Program-made: the position numbers and the translations under genes
Notes under the pieces: model-generated
Databases searched by the model: none
What the model saw: the letters and a program-made list of their open reading frames with translations, nothing else
What the model was told of the DNA's origin: nothing
Origin: Lama glama
Lineage: Eukaryota
Reading direction: 5' to 3'
DNA: 64,000 bases
Assembly (NCBI GenBank): GCA_028534125.1
Contig: CM052817.1
Coordinates: 106,456,001-106,520,000 of the forward strand
Shown: piece after piece, positions 1 through 11,337 of the stretch
Position numbering within the stretch: position 1 is the stretch's first letter
Layout: each line of letters starts with the position of its first letter

Positions 1-737
1 ATTTAAATTCTGATAAGATTTTTGACCAGCTAAATAACATAAAAAAAAAAACTTTTGGTTTTCAAAATTTTGGAATATCTGGATTGTGGTTGAAAAATTA
101 TGCAGGAAAATATGATGCTAGCTAGAGAAGGATTTGCTATGAGAAATGTGTTTTCTTGTGTTTTGATTTGGTTTTCTACAACTGGAACTACCAAAACATA
201 TCTAAAAAATGATACTGGGGTCTTCATAAAGGAGTGACTGAAGATTGAGGACAGATAGGAGATTTCTAGTAGAATTCAGGTCCCTGAGAAGTCAATTTGT
301 TAGAAAATCTAGAGGTCACAAGAGGGACTAGGATTTCATAGAGCATTGGCCTGTCTTTAAATTTTACCCAGAGAAAAGGACAGAAAGGGTAAAGATGTAG
401 AGAATTTATGCATTTGGTACAGGGTAGATAACAGGATACATTTTTAATCGTTTTTATCTTCTCTGTGAAATGTGATCAAAAGATACTGCCAGAGAGTTTA
501 GAAAGCAAAGGAAGACTCCACTGTTTGAGTGTGGAACAGTCTTTGATGAAGAAAGGAGAGCAAAAATTATTAGAAAAAAATGTGTAAGATGTGTTATTAA
601 CAATTATGATGGATTAATATTAATGCAATCATTCTCTGCATATTTATAAGGGTCTATGGTGTTACTGATGTGTTCTAGGCAGTAAAATAGAAGAAGGGTA
701 AGATACAGTCACCTTCCTGTAAATTAAATCATATTGG

Positions 738-1250
738 TGAGACAGGAGGGAAGAGGGCAGAGCACAGCCATTCAAGGAATGACACAGCAGTTAGCACCAA
801 GATGGCAGGAGACTTGACTTCCAGTAGACCTTGAGCTTCATTATACACTCACTGTAATACATTAACCTGGTAAATGGCACACCCACAGGTGCCATGAAGT
901 TTCTGAGGCTGACCATAAAAGGTCAAAAAGTGGGTGATGGCCCAGTTCCTGGGAATCCCAGCCTCTTCCCCAAGGCACTTGGAATAATCCTCCCACTTGT
1001 TAGCATATGAAGTCACCAAGGCCATAAAAACTAATCACCCCACACCTCTGGTCTCTCTTGCCTTCTAAGACACCTGCACTCTGTCTACAAAGTATGTATC
1101 TTTCTGAATAAATCTACTTTTACTCAACTACAGCTCACTCTTGAATTCTTTCCTGTGCGAAGCCAAGGACCCACACTTGACAGGGCACATCCCAAGGACT
1201 CCACCAAGACCTGGGACATTCCACCCTCTTGTGTGCCCCATTTTCCTGTA
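738..1250 (+). mobile_element. ERV1-class solo LTR (MER41-like U5)
   Basis: Starts TG; TATA-like cataaaaa ~1023; aataaa ~1107; U5 'ttgaattctttcctgtgcgaagccaaggaccc' resembles MER41-group LTRs; flanked by ttgg (734-737) and ttgg (1251-1254). Confidence 0.8.
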
Positions 1251-1291
1251 TTGGTGGGAGAGAAATTTCAAGTAAAATTTTTTTTGTGTAT

Positions 1292-1445
1292 TTTATATAT
1301 ATATGTATATATATATATATATGTATATATGTATATATGTATATATATATATTTCAATTGAAGTATAGTCAGTTTATATTGTGTTAATTATTTATTTATT
1401 TTTATGCATATATATATATATATATATTTCTGCTGAAGTATAAAA
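1292..1445 (-). repeat. (TA)n microsatellites with two very short L1 3'-end stubs
   Basis: TA runs followed by 'ttgaagtatagtcagttta' and 'ctgaagtata', matching the reverse complement of the L1 3' terminus seen at 37453 and 45583. Confidence 0.6.
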
Positions 1446-1833
1446 ATTTGTTTATAGTTAACAGATTCAGAAATTAAACCTTGAAAAATAAACTAAGCAT
1501 GTCTTAATTCTTTAAAGCTCATTGTGCAGAAGTATGCGAGCACAGACACTGGGTTAGGATTTTCAGAACCAGAGCTGAAGAATCGATTTAGGAGAGCCAA
1601 ATTAGAACAAGAGAAGCCCATAAAATAACTCACATAAAAAGAAACTTTTTTGACTCCATATAACCACACAATGAAAAGTTCTACAGAATTATACACATTA
1701 TTTAATTTTAAGGTGAAAACAAAATTAAGTATCAATATAAGGAATAGTTTATTTGTCATAAAACAGTCATTATCTTTATAAAGTTACCATCACCATCCAT
1801 TGCTGTGTGCTGATCTGATAGTGTTTGAATCCT

Positions 1834-2333
1834 NNNNNNNNNNNNNNNNNNNNNNNNNNNNNNNNNNNNNNNNNNNNNNNNNNNNNNNNNNNNNNNNNNN
1901 NNNNNNNNNNNNNNNNNNNNNNNNNNNNNNNNNNNNNNNNNNNNNNNNNNNNNNNNNNNNNNNNNNNNNNNNNNNNNNNNNNNNNNNNNNNNNNNNNNNN
2001 NNNNNNNNNNNNNNNNNNNNNNNNNNNNNNNNNNNNNNNNNNNNNNNNNNNNNNNNNNNNNNNNNNNNNNNNNNNNNNNNNNNNNNNNNNNNNNNNNNNN
2101 NNNNNNNNNNNNNNNNNNNNNNNNNNNNNNNNNNNNNNNNNNNNNNNNNNNNNNNNNNNNNNNNNNNNNNNNNNNNNNNNNNNNNNNNNNNNNNNNNNNN
2201 NNNNNNNNNNNNNNNNNNNNNNNNNNNNNNNNNNNNNNNNNNNNNNNNNNNNNNNNNNNNNNNNNNNNNNNNNNNNNNNNNNNNNNNNNNNNNNNNNNNN
2301 NNNNNNNNNNNNNNNNNNNNNNNNNNNNNNNNN
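1834..2333. other. Assembly gap (500 N)
   Basis: Run of N. Confidence 1.
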
Positions 2334-2698
2334 TTTTTTTTTTTTTAAATAAGAATTAGTGCAAATGGTCAAGCTATTTCATTTTCCTAAAATGTAGTTT
2401 CTAGAATTTTTCTAGTCATCCACGAATAAAACATGTTCTCAGTACTTTTAAAGATGAATAGTTCAGCAATATTTTGTGCTAAGCAAGATAGAAATTAAAT
2501 AAAGGCTGATGCCAGGAGCATATCCTGTTTGATTCTGGATTAGAAAGAACCCAAAGACTGAATATTGGTCTCGAGGGCTTCTCAACTAGCCATGGGCCAG
2601 CAACCATTCTTAACACTTTGAATGTAAATCAAATTTATAACCTCGATTTCAGATCTTCAAGTTATTTAGGTTTTTATTATACTGAGTGTGTTAAGGCC

Positions 2699-2700
<2 letters not shown>

Positions 2701-2739
<39 letters not shown>
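2701..2739 (+). repeat. (CA)n microsatellite
   Basis: Perfect CA run. Confidence 0.98.
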
Positions 2740-2741
<2 letters not shown>

Positions 2742-5021
2742 TGGAAAGGCAGATCTTTCTGGAAGACATGGGTGATCTACCATGGGGCAAGGATCCCCAT
2801 GTCAGGGCAGTGTTTAGATTCACAGTGTTTTCATAGCTATGGTTACATGAAAAAATAAAATAGATCTAAGGACATTTTTAAACTATCAATCATATGCTTA
2901 CAAATCCTATTTGATTGGAAAACCTAAACCGAAATTTTAACACTGCATCTTACTTATAATTCACAGCATCACCCTCTTAGATGTGATATGTTCACAACTC
3001 CAGGTCACACCTTTGATTCTATACCACCTTCTAGTGTGGTGAGGTGCTTTTGCAAATGCAGAGGCTGTCCTAGCCACCAGCCTTTAGACCTAACACACGG
3101 CATTGCAACCCAGCGGGGGCGCTTCAACCTGCCTAACGAAGATGAATTAAGTGTTGCGTGAATTGTCTGCACTGGAGACTATCTGTCTGATAGGGATGCG
3201 TAATCTCAAAGAATCATGAAACAGATCAAATGCCTTTCAGATCTAGGTTACTGACTTTAATTTGTTTTACGTAGTCTTTTCAAAGTCCAGCAATGACTGG
3301 TGTTATAAGAAAACAGAAGGCATTCATAGCCACACTTTCTTAAAAGTATCACCAAACTTAAGTACAGGAATAGCCTTCAGCCAAACTGACTGTCTTGCTA
3401 AAAGCCATGCTGTAGTAGTATTTTAGCAAATCCCCTTTATTTAAGGGCATTATTTATTCCTTTTATTTCTAGGATTTAGTGACAAAATGAAGGTACTCTA
3501 ATTTGCGTCAACTGAAGCATTAAATTTCCGATTTAGATGTTCATGGAAGCATATGAAATCAGACGTAATATTCCTACCAAGAAACAATATTCTTACTACC
3601 ATTTAAAGCTTCTTATTCACTAAGCCAATGGAAAATTTTAAAATCATCCTTAGTACTTAATCTCAGCTACTATAAATCTTGCCTTCCAGGTTATGACCTT
3701 CTGTTTTTCAATTGAAATGCAGTTTTTAAATGCACCATTGATTTTTCCTACAACGTATCAACACATCTGTACGTCAGTGAATAGGCAAATGAAATTCTAG
3801 CTCTGAAATTAGATTTGGGGCTCTCACTTTAGTTGCTAGTTTTCTGTCACCGTTCCTTCACTGCCAAGACACATGACTTTGAAACTATAGAACAAAATGA
3901 TTAGAAATTGTTACACCAAAATACATCTGTCTTTATATTGGGCTGTTGTTGTTTTTGGCATTGCTAAATATTCGTTTTCTGACAGAACACGTGATTGCTT
4001 TTCTGGCAAATATTTTCTCTGGGTCCTGTTTATAATATTCCATCACACTTTCTGAATTAACATAATTATTTATCAGAGCACTCATAATATCAGAGAGAGA
4101 ATTTTTTAATGTGCAACTCTGGTCAGCATCCTTGGATTTGTGTGGTGTACAGATCTAATGTGTATCAATATAATTGAATATAGAATGTCTTTTTCACAAT
4201 ACTCATTTTTTTAATACTTCTATTTAATTTGATAGGATGGTGAAGGTCACTGTTTTTTTGTGACTGTTATCTGCATAATCATTTAATGAGCACTAGATAA
4301 AAGTACAAAGATACATTAGAAATTGTGGCTGATCCCCAGATGCTTCAGATCTGAGAAATGAACAAAATCCGTCATTTATGAAGTAATGTACTATATCTTA
4401 CCTCATAGAAATTCTGAGAAAAGAGAGAAATGACTCTTAGTTGAGAGGACAAGAAAACTTCCATGAGGAATTTGAGATGATGTAGCAAAATATAGAATTA
4501 GAAATTCTCAAGCCAAGTTTGTACAACAAAAAATAGGCCTGCAAAACATAGATTGGAGGAAAGAATAATAAAAATACAAATAAATGTAATTTTTTAAAAT
4601 TCCAAAAAGATGAATTTGGGGCTGATTACAAGTATTTCTTTTAAGTGACAAAATGAAGAGAAATTGAAATTTGACCTCTAGTCAGTGATAACATTTAAAA
4701 ATGTTTTCATCTCCCCTCAAACATCTGATAAGGAAATGAATATGGCAGGCTAAGCATGATCAAGAAATCTCTACCCCAAAGTGGGGTGAGGAAGGTTAGA
4801 AGCTACAAAGGCAGTTGGAAGGCTCTCAGCATAATCTGTGCTTCAGGATGTGAGACTCTAATAGGGTGGAAGCAGTGCATTTGGAAAAAGAAAAAGTCAT
4901 TTTCCTTGAAAAAGACAAATAATTGTATCTAGTAAATTAAATACCACGGTTGTAGGAGTACTGTGTTGAATTAGAAGCATGGAGGACTCAGAAAGCAGGC
5001 TGGTTGATGGGGTCAACGATG

Positions 5022-5199
5022 TAGGTTGGCCATATCTGGGTCAGTCCAGTTTACATTGTCCAGATATAATTAACTCCTTTTTTTTTTTAAATCTTGAACT
5101 CCCAACTTATCCTTCTTAATAATTAAGTGAGGCTTACTGAAACTATTTTCCTTCTCCAAAATGTCATTGGTTTGGATGATAAATTATATGCAGACCCTA
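5022..5199 (-). mobile_element. MER94-like hAT-Blackjack MITE, interrupted by a ~70 bp insertion
   Basis: Ends 'taggttggccata' and 'ggtttggatgataaattatatgcagacccta' match remembered MER94 termini. Confidence 0.65.
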
Positions 5200-5609
5200 A
5201 GTGTGTTCAATAGAGCAACATCCAAAGTAAACTGTAGAGTATGCAATAAGAAAGATGAGAAATTAGAACAAAAATTCAAATTAGAAATAAGATTTGAGAT
5301 TCACTCATGTAGAGAGTGGCTTTATTTATAGGAATAATAATTAATAATTATTATTAATTAAATGAGAAGATGGGAAAAGTAGAGGTTGAAAAGTAGATTT
5401 TACAAGCATGGGAAATATAAAGACATTTAAGGATTCGGGAAGTTTTCAGTCACATGAGGCAAACCAGGATGATGCGGTCTTGAGGAAACCAAAGACAAAG
5501 GAGATTTGAGAAGACATAGGTGGCTCCCTGTCAAATAATGCAGATACCAAGGAATTAAAGACCAAAAGGAGTACATTGATTTTATGACTAAACCACCTAT
5601 ACAAAAAAT

Positions 5610-6480
5610 AAGCGTCTGGAATTTGAAGATAGCGTTATATCCGACCTAGTGTATGCTGTCACATTTGCTAAGAAAAAAAGCTGAGAAGCTAACTTGTTTA
5701 CCAGCATGAAATAGGTATTTCGCCTTGCCCCGTCAGTCCCACGTGGTGTAATACTACACGCTACCGGCAGATGGCAGCAACATAAACTCCACTCCCGAAT
5801 GTTTCCCGTTCAAAAGGGAGTTTCCTGGGATGGGGTTTTTCCTTTACACGGGAAATCTGATAATACTTGTTTAAAGATGAGTATCTTTTGCTTCAGAATC
5901 CAGGCATTAAACTGTTACTGAGCGAATGGGTAGTGGTGAATTGGAGACAGTAACTCTGCTTTGAGTTCACAGTTTGGGTTTATCAAGGTTAAAAAGACAC
6001 AAGCCTCCTGGAAAGAAAAGTAAGCAGGAGAGACTAGGTCAGCAAGGAAGAGAGAAAAACTGCTACCGCTGGAGGCGTGAGGAAGGGAGGTCTCGAAGGA
6101 GACAGGAGAAAGTAGGTTCAAAGGCGGGGTGGAGTGACTGGAGGTAAGGAACGTGCAAAACTCTTGTCTCCGCAACAGGGGGAAAGTGACAACGCATAAA
6201 GATACAGGGAAGAAAAACGTGAGATGAGGATTAGAAACGCGTACTTAAGAAGTTGTGGCTTTTTCAATTACAGTGAACAGGTCCTTTGAGAACAAGAAGC
6301 GTTATGTTATTTAAAACCAAAAATAAAGACATTATATTACAATTTACACATCCCTAAACGCACAAACATAATTCCTGCGTGAAACTGGTGGGCAGCTGGA
6401 CCAGGCATCGTCTCCCCGCACCTTCCATCTGTTCGCGTGTTCTTCGTTCTTTAAGACGCTTCCCAAGTCCTATGTTCTTC
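5610..6480. promoter_or_regulatory. CpG-enriched, repeat-poor patch (candidate enhancer, insulator or promoter)
   Basis: About 30 CpGs counted by eye against sparse flanks; E-box CACGTG 5740-5745; GC-box ggcggggt ~6123; CTCF site. Confidence 0.45.
5747..5780 (+). promoter_or_regulatory. CTCF binding site with upstream (ZF9-11) module
   Basis: Core CCGGCAGATGGCAGCA (5764-5779) fits CCRSYAGRKGGCRS; TGTAATAC (5747-5754) lies 9 nt upstream, like the TGCARTAC module. Confidence 0.65.
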
Positions 6481-7475
6481 CCCAAGTCTGTCTTGACTGC
6501 TGTAGCACACAGTGGTCTCCCTCTCTCTCTCTCTCTCTCCCCCTCCCCACCAAATACACATAGCATTTGCTGTGTGTTTCATGTATTTGGTACGTTACCA
6601 TCTATGGTTCTGTACTGCTTTTCACATTATACATACATTTGTTTATGTTTTAGGAACGATGGCAATCTCTTATGGGTTAAAGACTGTATAATTTTTGTTT
6701 TGTTTTGTGTCATAGTACTACTTCTAATTATTCTTCTGTGAGCTAAATAGAAATATGATACACACAAATACATAAGTGAAAGATTAGGAAGCTATCTAAA
6801 AATAAAGATTTGTTTCAAGGATACACATATTGTTAGCTAACATGAAGTAAGACAGAAAGTGCATCAATTCTCTCAAAGGCAACAAATAATTAAAAAAGCA
6901 TCCGTAAAAATTGCAATTGCTTTGTTCACATCCTGAGAATTCTTAAAGCATTTAATCATGCTACTGTAGTTAGTGTAGACATTAAAAAATCTTACACAAA
7001 AGAACGTTTAATCACAAGAGATAATATTTCAGACTGATTTTGAAAGCAGGTTATAATATATTTTACTTTATAATTGTTTTAGTGGGAAAATACAAGTACG
7101 CCTAGAAATGAGATGTGAATATACAATACAGATATTAATATTTAATATCTCAGGGTGGTTGAATTATAGTTGCTTTTGGGATTTTGTGTGTACCTTTATT
7201 ATATTCTAAGATGAATATGAAATTTAAAACAAGCATATACTTTTTAAAGCACTTGGTCTGTGTTAGAGAACAATTATAAAATTCATTAAATGACATCTAT
7301 GAATATACTCAGCACAAGTAAGCTATACTTAAGAGGAAGTATATTGCAATTACATGAAAACACTGGGCTGTGCCACAGCACATAACGTCTATGTTGTAAA
7401 TGTAATTAATCAATAGCTCATGAATTTCATTGCTTCCAAACGTTATCAAAATAAGATTTAGTATGACAGATTTTT

Positions 7476-7632
7476 TTGTTGTTGGCTTTGTTTTTGCTTT
7501 TTCTTTTTTTGAGGGGATGTAGTAACTAGGCTTATGTGCTTATTTATGCTTGAAGGGGGTAGGGGGGATTGAACCTAGAACCTCTTGCATGCTAAACAAA
7601 CAGCCTACCACTTGAGCTATACCCTCCTCCCC
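7476..7632 (-). mobile_element. tRNA-Ala-derived camelid-type SINE (vic-1-like)
   Basis: Reverse complement of ggggagg...gtatagctcaagtggtag...ggttcaatccc; TSD tagtatgacagattttt at 7459-7475 and 7633-7649. Confidence 0.92.
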
Positions 7633-7794
7633 TAGTATGACAGATTTTTATATAGCATTGGCTCACTCATACAGCTGCTTTTATATATAAGGTGCTGTGA
7701 TACGTACTGAGAATGTATCACAAGAAAGGATTCTTGACCAGAATTTATGCACAGTTTGAAATGCTAAAACACATGCATACACACCACACACACA

Positions 7795-8667
7795 TCAGAA
7801 TTATCACCTCACACCACTCAGAATAGCCATCATTAAAAAGTCCACAAATGATAAATGCTGGAAAATGTGTGGATAAAAATTAACCCTCCTATACTGCTGA
7901 TGGGAATGTAAATTGATGCAGCTACAATGGAAAACAGTATGGAGTTTCCTTAAAAAAACTAAAAAATAGATTTATCTTATCCTGCATCCCACTCATGGGC
8001 ATATCTGATGAAAACTCTAACTCAAAAAGATACAGGCACCCCAATGTTCACAGGAGCACTATCTACAGCAGCCAAGACATGGAAACAACCTAAATGTCCA
8101 TCAAGAGATGATTGGATAGAGAAGTTGTTGTATATAAATTTATGCGATGGAATACTACTCAGCCATAAACAAAAATATAATAATGCCATTTGCAGCAACA
8201 TGGATGGACCTGAAGATCACCATATTAAGTGAAGTAAGCCAAAAAGAGAAAGACAAATATCATATGATATTTATATGTGGAATCTAAAAGAGTGATACAA
8301 ATGAACTTACTTACAAAACAGAAACAGATTCACAGACATAGAAAACAAACTTATGGTTACCAAAGCAGGGAGAGGAGGGGCAGGGAAAAATTGAGATTTG
8401 GGGATTAACAGATACACACTACTGTATATAAAATAGATAAACAATAAAGTCCTACTGTATATGTAGCACAGGGAACTACATTCAATATCTTATAATAAAC
8501 CATAATGGAAAAGAATATAAAAAAATATATATACATATGTATATCTACATGTATAAATCTGAGTCACTTTGCTGTACACCTGAAATGAATACAACAGTGT
8601 AAACCAACCATAGTTAATTAAAAAAGAAAAAAGAGGAAAAGAAGAATAGTAAAAAAAAAAAAAAAAA
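7795..8667 (+). mobile_element. 5'-truncated L1 (degenerate ORF2 C-terminus, 3'UTR, A-tail)
   Basis: ORF 8008-8232 'TPMFTGALSTAAKTWKQPKCPSRDDWIEKL' matches the L1 ORF2 C-terminus; A-rich tail. Confidence 0.95.
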
Positions 8668-8854
8668 GCCACAGAGATAAGTTAGAAGCATGAAGGGGAG
8701 ATTTACAGTCAAATGTAAACACTGTGAGTGGCCAGGAGATCGCAGACTCTGTTATCATTGTAAGCACTGTGGTGGGTTCTCTAAGTGAGAGAGGAAATTT
8801 TATAAAATTTTAAGCATCAGTGATATGATCGTAATTTGATTTTGATTTGAAGCA

Positions 8855-8885
8855 GCTCTCTGAGCTCTCTGAGCTCTCTGAGCTG
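8855..8885 (+). repeat. 9-bp tandem repeat (gctctctga)x3
   Basis: Seen directly. Confidence 0.85.
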
Positions 8886-9669
8886 AGAGTGTGAACTGGC
8901 ACCCAAGATTCAAGGCATGAAGCAAGGATATCCATCAGGCGGGTGGAACAAAAACCCAAGGGAAAGATGATAGTGGTGTGGGTGGTCTCAGTGAAGGCAG
9001 TGAGAAAATTGTTCAATTCTGAAAATATTGTTGAGAAAAACAGCAGATCACAATGTTTCACAGAGAGAAGGAGGCAATTTATAAAGCAGTAAAATAAAGA
9101 CTTGAATTGATTTTTTTGTGTGGCATTCCAGAGGTCAATATTTTCAGAAGAATATAGGGACAGAGGCTATATGTATAAGCTGAGACTAAGTAAGAATTCA
9201 TACTAGAGGATGTATTTGTTCCTTATCTAGCTCTGTGAAACAGTTTCTATCCCCTGTTCTGGAGTGTATATCTCAGTTGTCACGTCTCTGAGAATAAATA
9301 TTTTGTTTAAGTTGCCTGATTCCAGTTAGCTTTGCGTCATTCCTAATTCTAAAAAAGGAAGAAAAAAAATAGAAGAAAGAAGGGTGTATAAAATGTTTTA
9401 GAGAAGAAAGGACACAGGAGTGGGTGGAAGTTGATTAAAATCGCGATCGCTCAGCACTTCCTTAGGAGTCTGAGAGGCCAGCTGCTAGTGGGCAAATCTC
9501 AAGGGACTGGCTAGTGGCTGGGGAGGGGAGTGTGATGAGGCTACGTCTGAGAGGGCAGACAGTCTAAGGAGATGGCATCTAAGTCCGTCACAAAGGAGTC
9601 AGTTCAAGAGGAAGAGCCTTCGTCCAAGGATGCTGGATGCGGGGGAGAACGAACTTGTGAAACCAACCA

Positions 9670-10156
9670 TGGATCAGGCCATTCAAGATGGCTGTTCTCT
9701 TGCTCTCAGTACATCCCCTCCTTGGCCAGTGCCTGCCTCACCTACACCCTCCTCACCTAACTGACCTTCCCTCTTCAGTAAATGCCTACATACTTGCCCC
9801 CGGCCACAAGTAGTGATTACTCTAATCTTTAGATTGGAACATCTCCACCATGATAGCTTATCCAAAGAGAGGTGATGGGGCAGGATTCTCCGCTGGTTTC
9901 CCTGGTAACTGATGAGCCAACCTGTTGTCAGCTCCACCCAATAACTGGTAACCATTCCCCCAGAGCAAAGATGGAGCCATGTTTTGCCCATCATCTGACA
10001 CACACAGTGGGGTGTCGCCCAGGACCTTGCTTCAGACATGTAAGGTCCCCCCAAGCATTAAACCATTGATATTTCTGTCACTGACTCTGGGGTCTTTCTT
10101 TGGTGTTGAGGCTGGGCAAGCAAACAGCTGGCAGGCCTGTGGGGTGCAGACCAACA
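9670..10156 (+). mobile_element. ERV solo LTR
   Basis: attaaa poly(A) signal ~10058; 3' end 'ggggtgcagaccaaca'; approximate ccat/ccat flanks. Confidence 0.65.
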
Positions 10157-11123
10157 CCATCCAAGGCAGTGGTGACTGAGATCGTGAGACCAACCACAGG
10201 CTTTGCAGGAATTCCCCGGCAGATGCGTGGTGATAACAGACAAGAGCACTGGGGTGTAAGAGGTCCTTCCTCTTCCCTCCACCCAGTTCTAGCTTTGGAA
10301 CCTGCGGGGGGCGGACGAACGGCACAAGCGATGCTCACATCTGCTTATTACATGGCAGAGGCTTTGCTGGAGACCACTGAAGACCCAGAGCTCCTAAACC
10401 AAGCAATGCAAATGGGAACCTTGTTGTCAGTATTCCTACATTGCTCCAGGCATACAGGTTTAAGCTGTCCCAGCTCGGAGGGCATTCTCAAAACAAGTTA
10501 GATGATTCCTCTGACGGCAGACGTCTTCCCGTTTGTCTTTTCTCTGTTTCGGGGGCAGCCAGCAATTCTCTCTGCCCTTCTGTTGCAGACACATGAGAGG
10601 GACTTTGAGTAACTCACTGTAGCTTGGGTCTAAGAAGAAGGGGTACAGGTGATAAACGACGAGGCTAAAGATGTGGAGAGACCCTTCCATGGGGGGCCGG
10701 CTCTAGCAAGCTAGCGAGTTTGTAGGCGATGCTTGCTCAGTGAGGGGGCACAGGGGACAGAGGAGGTCCCTGGACAAGGAAACACCATGATCAGTATCAG
10801 CAGGAGAGGAGTTTGGAGTTGTCCATGTTGAGACTGCTGTCCCTTCTCCGACATATAAATGGTGTTGCTGAGAAAGAAATTGAATAAATAACTTTAGAAC
10901 TTGAGAAAGGGTTGTAAGCTGGTTAAAGAATGGACGAGCAAAGCTCCCACCTGGAGAGAACACAGCTCCTAAATCCTGAAGAACGCACAGTTTAAGGAGT
11001 GGAGGATTAGGAGTTCAGACATTCACAGAAGAGACATCTGAGAGGGCGGACCACAGCCAGGGAAAAAGCCTCTCACTGAAGTCAGAGAGTTTAAAGAAGT
11101 CATTTCCCGCAGTGACAGGTAAC

Positions 11124-11337
11124 TAGTGACGTCCTCGTAAATGCTGACCAAGCCCCTGGGGGGCATCGGGAGGAGAAGGTGATTTGCAGTGTTTGCTGAC
11201 TTCGATGCTATAAATGTTCTGGAAACGGCTGATTTTTCAAACCGCTAACGTGATGTCAAGTGGCTGTCACAATTCCTGAAATTTTATAGTTGGCTCTTCT
11301 CCGTGGATGAAAGGTGGACGCTCTTATTACACCATCT
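11124..11337 (+). mobile_element. MER63-like hAT-Blackjack element
   Basis: 'gatttgcagtgtttgctgacttc...gctaacgtgatgtcaa...aattcctgaaatttt...ggctct' matches remembered MER63 core. Confidence 0.7.

Noticed and set aside
1776..2372. Long ORFs of 175-198 aa
   Set aside because: They consist of X residues spanning the N gap
3109..3123. CTCF-like ccagcgggggcgc (also ccactagaggcg ~14492)
   Set aside because: Each is one base short in the core, which breaks the motif register
8008..8232. Protein-coding ORF (also 43617-43856)
   Set aside because: Frameshifted remnants of the L1 ORF2 C-terminus
10100..10501. 133-aa ORF and overlapping ORFs
   Set aside because: Spans an LTR boundary; stop codons are scarce because of local GC richness; no recognisable homology
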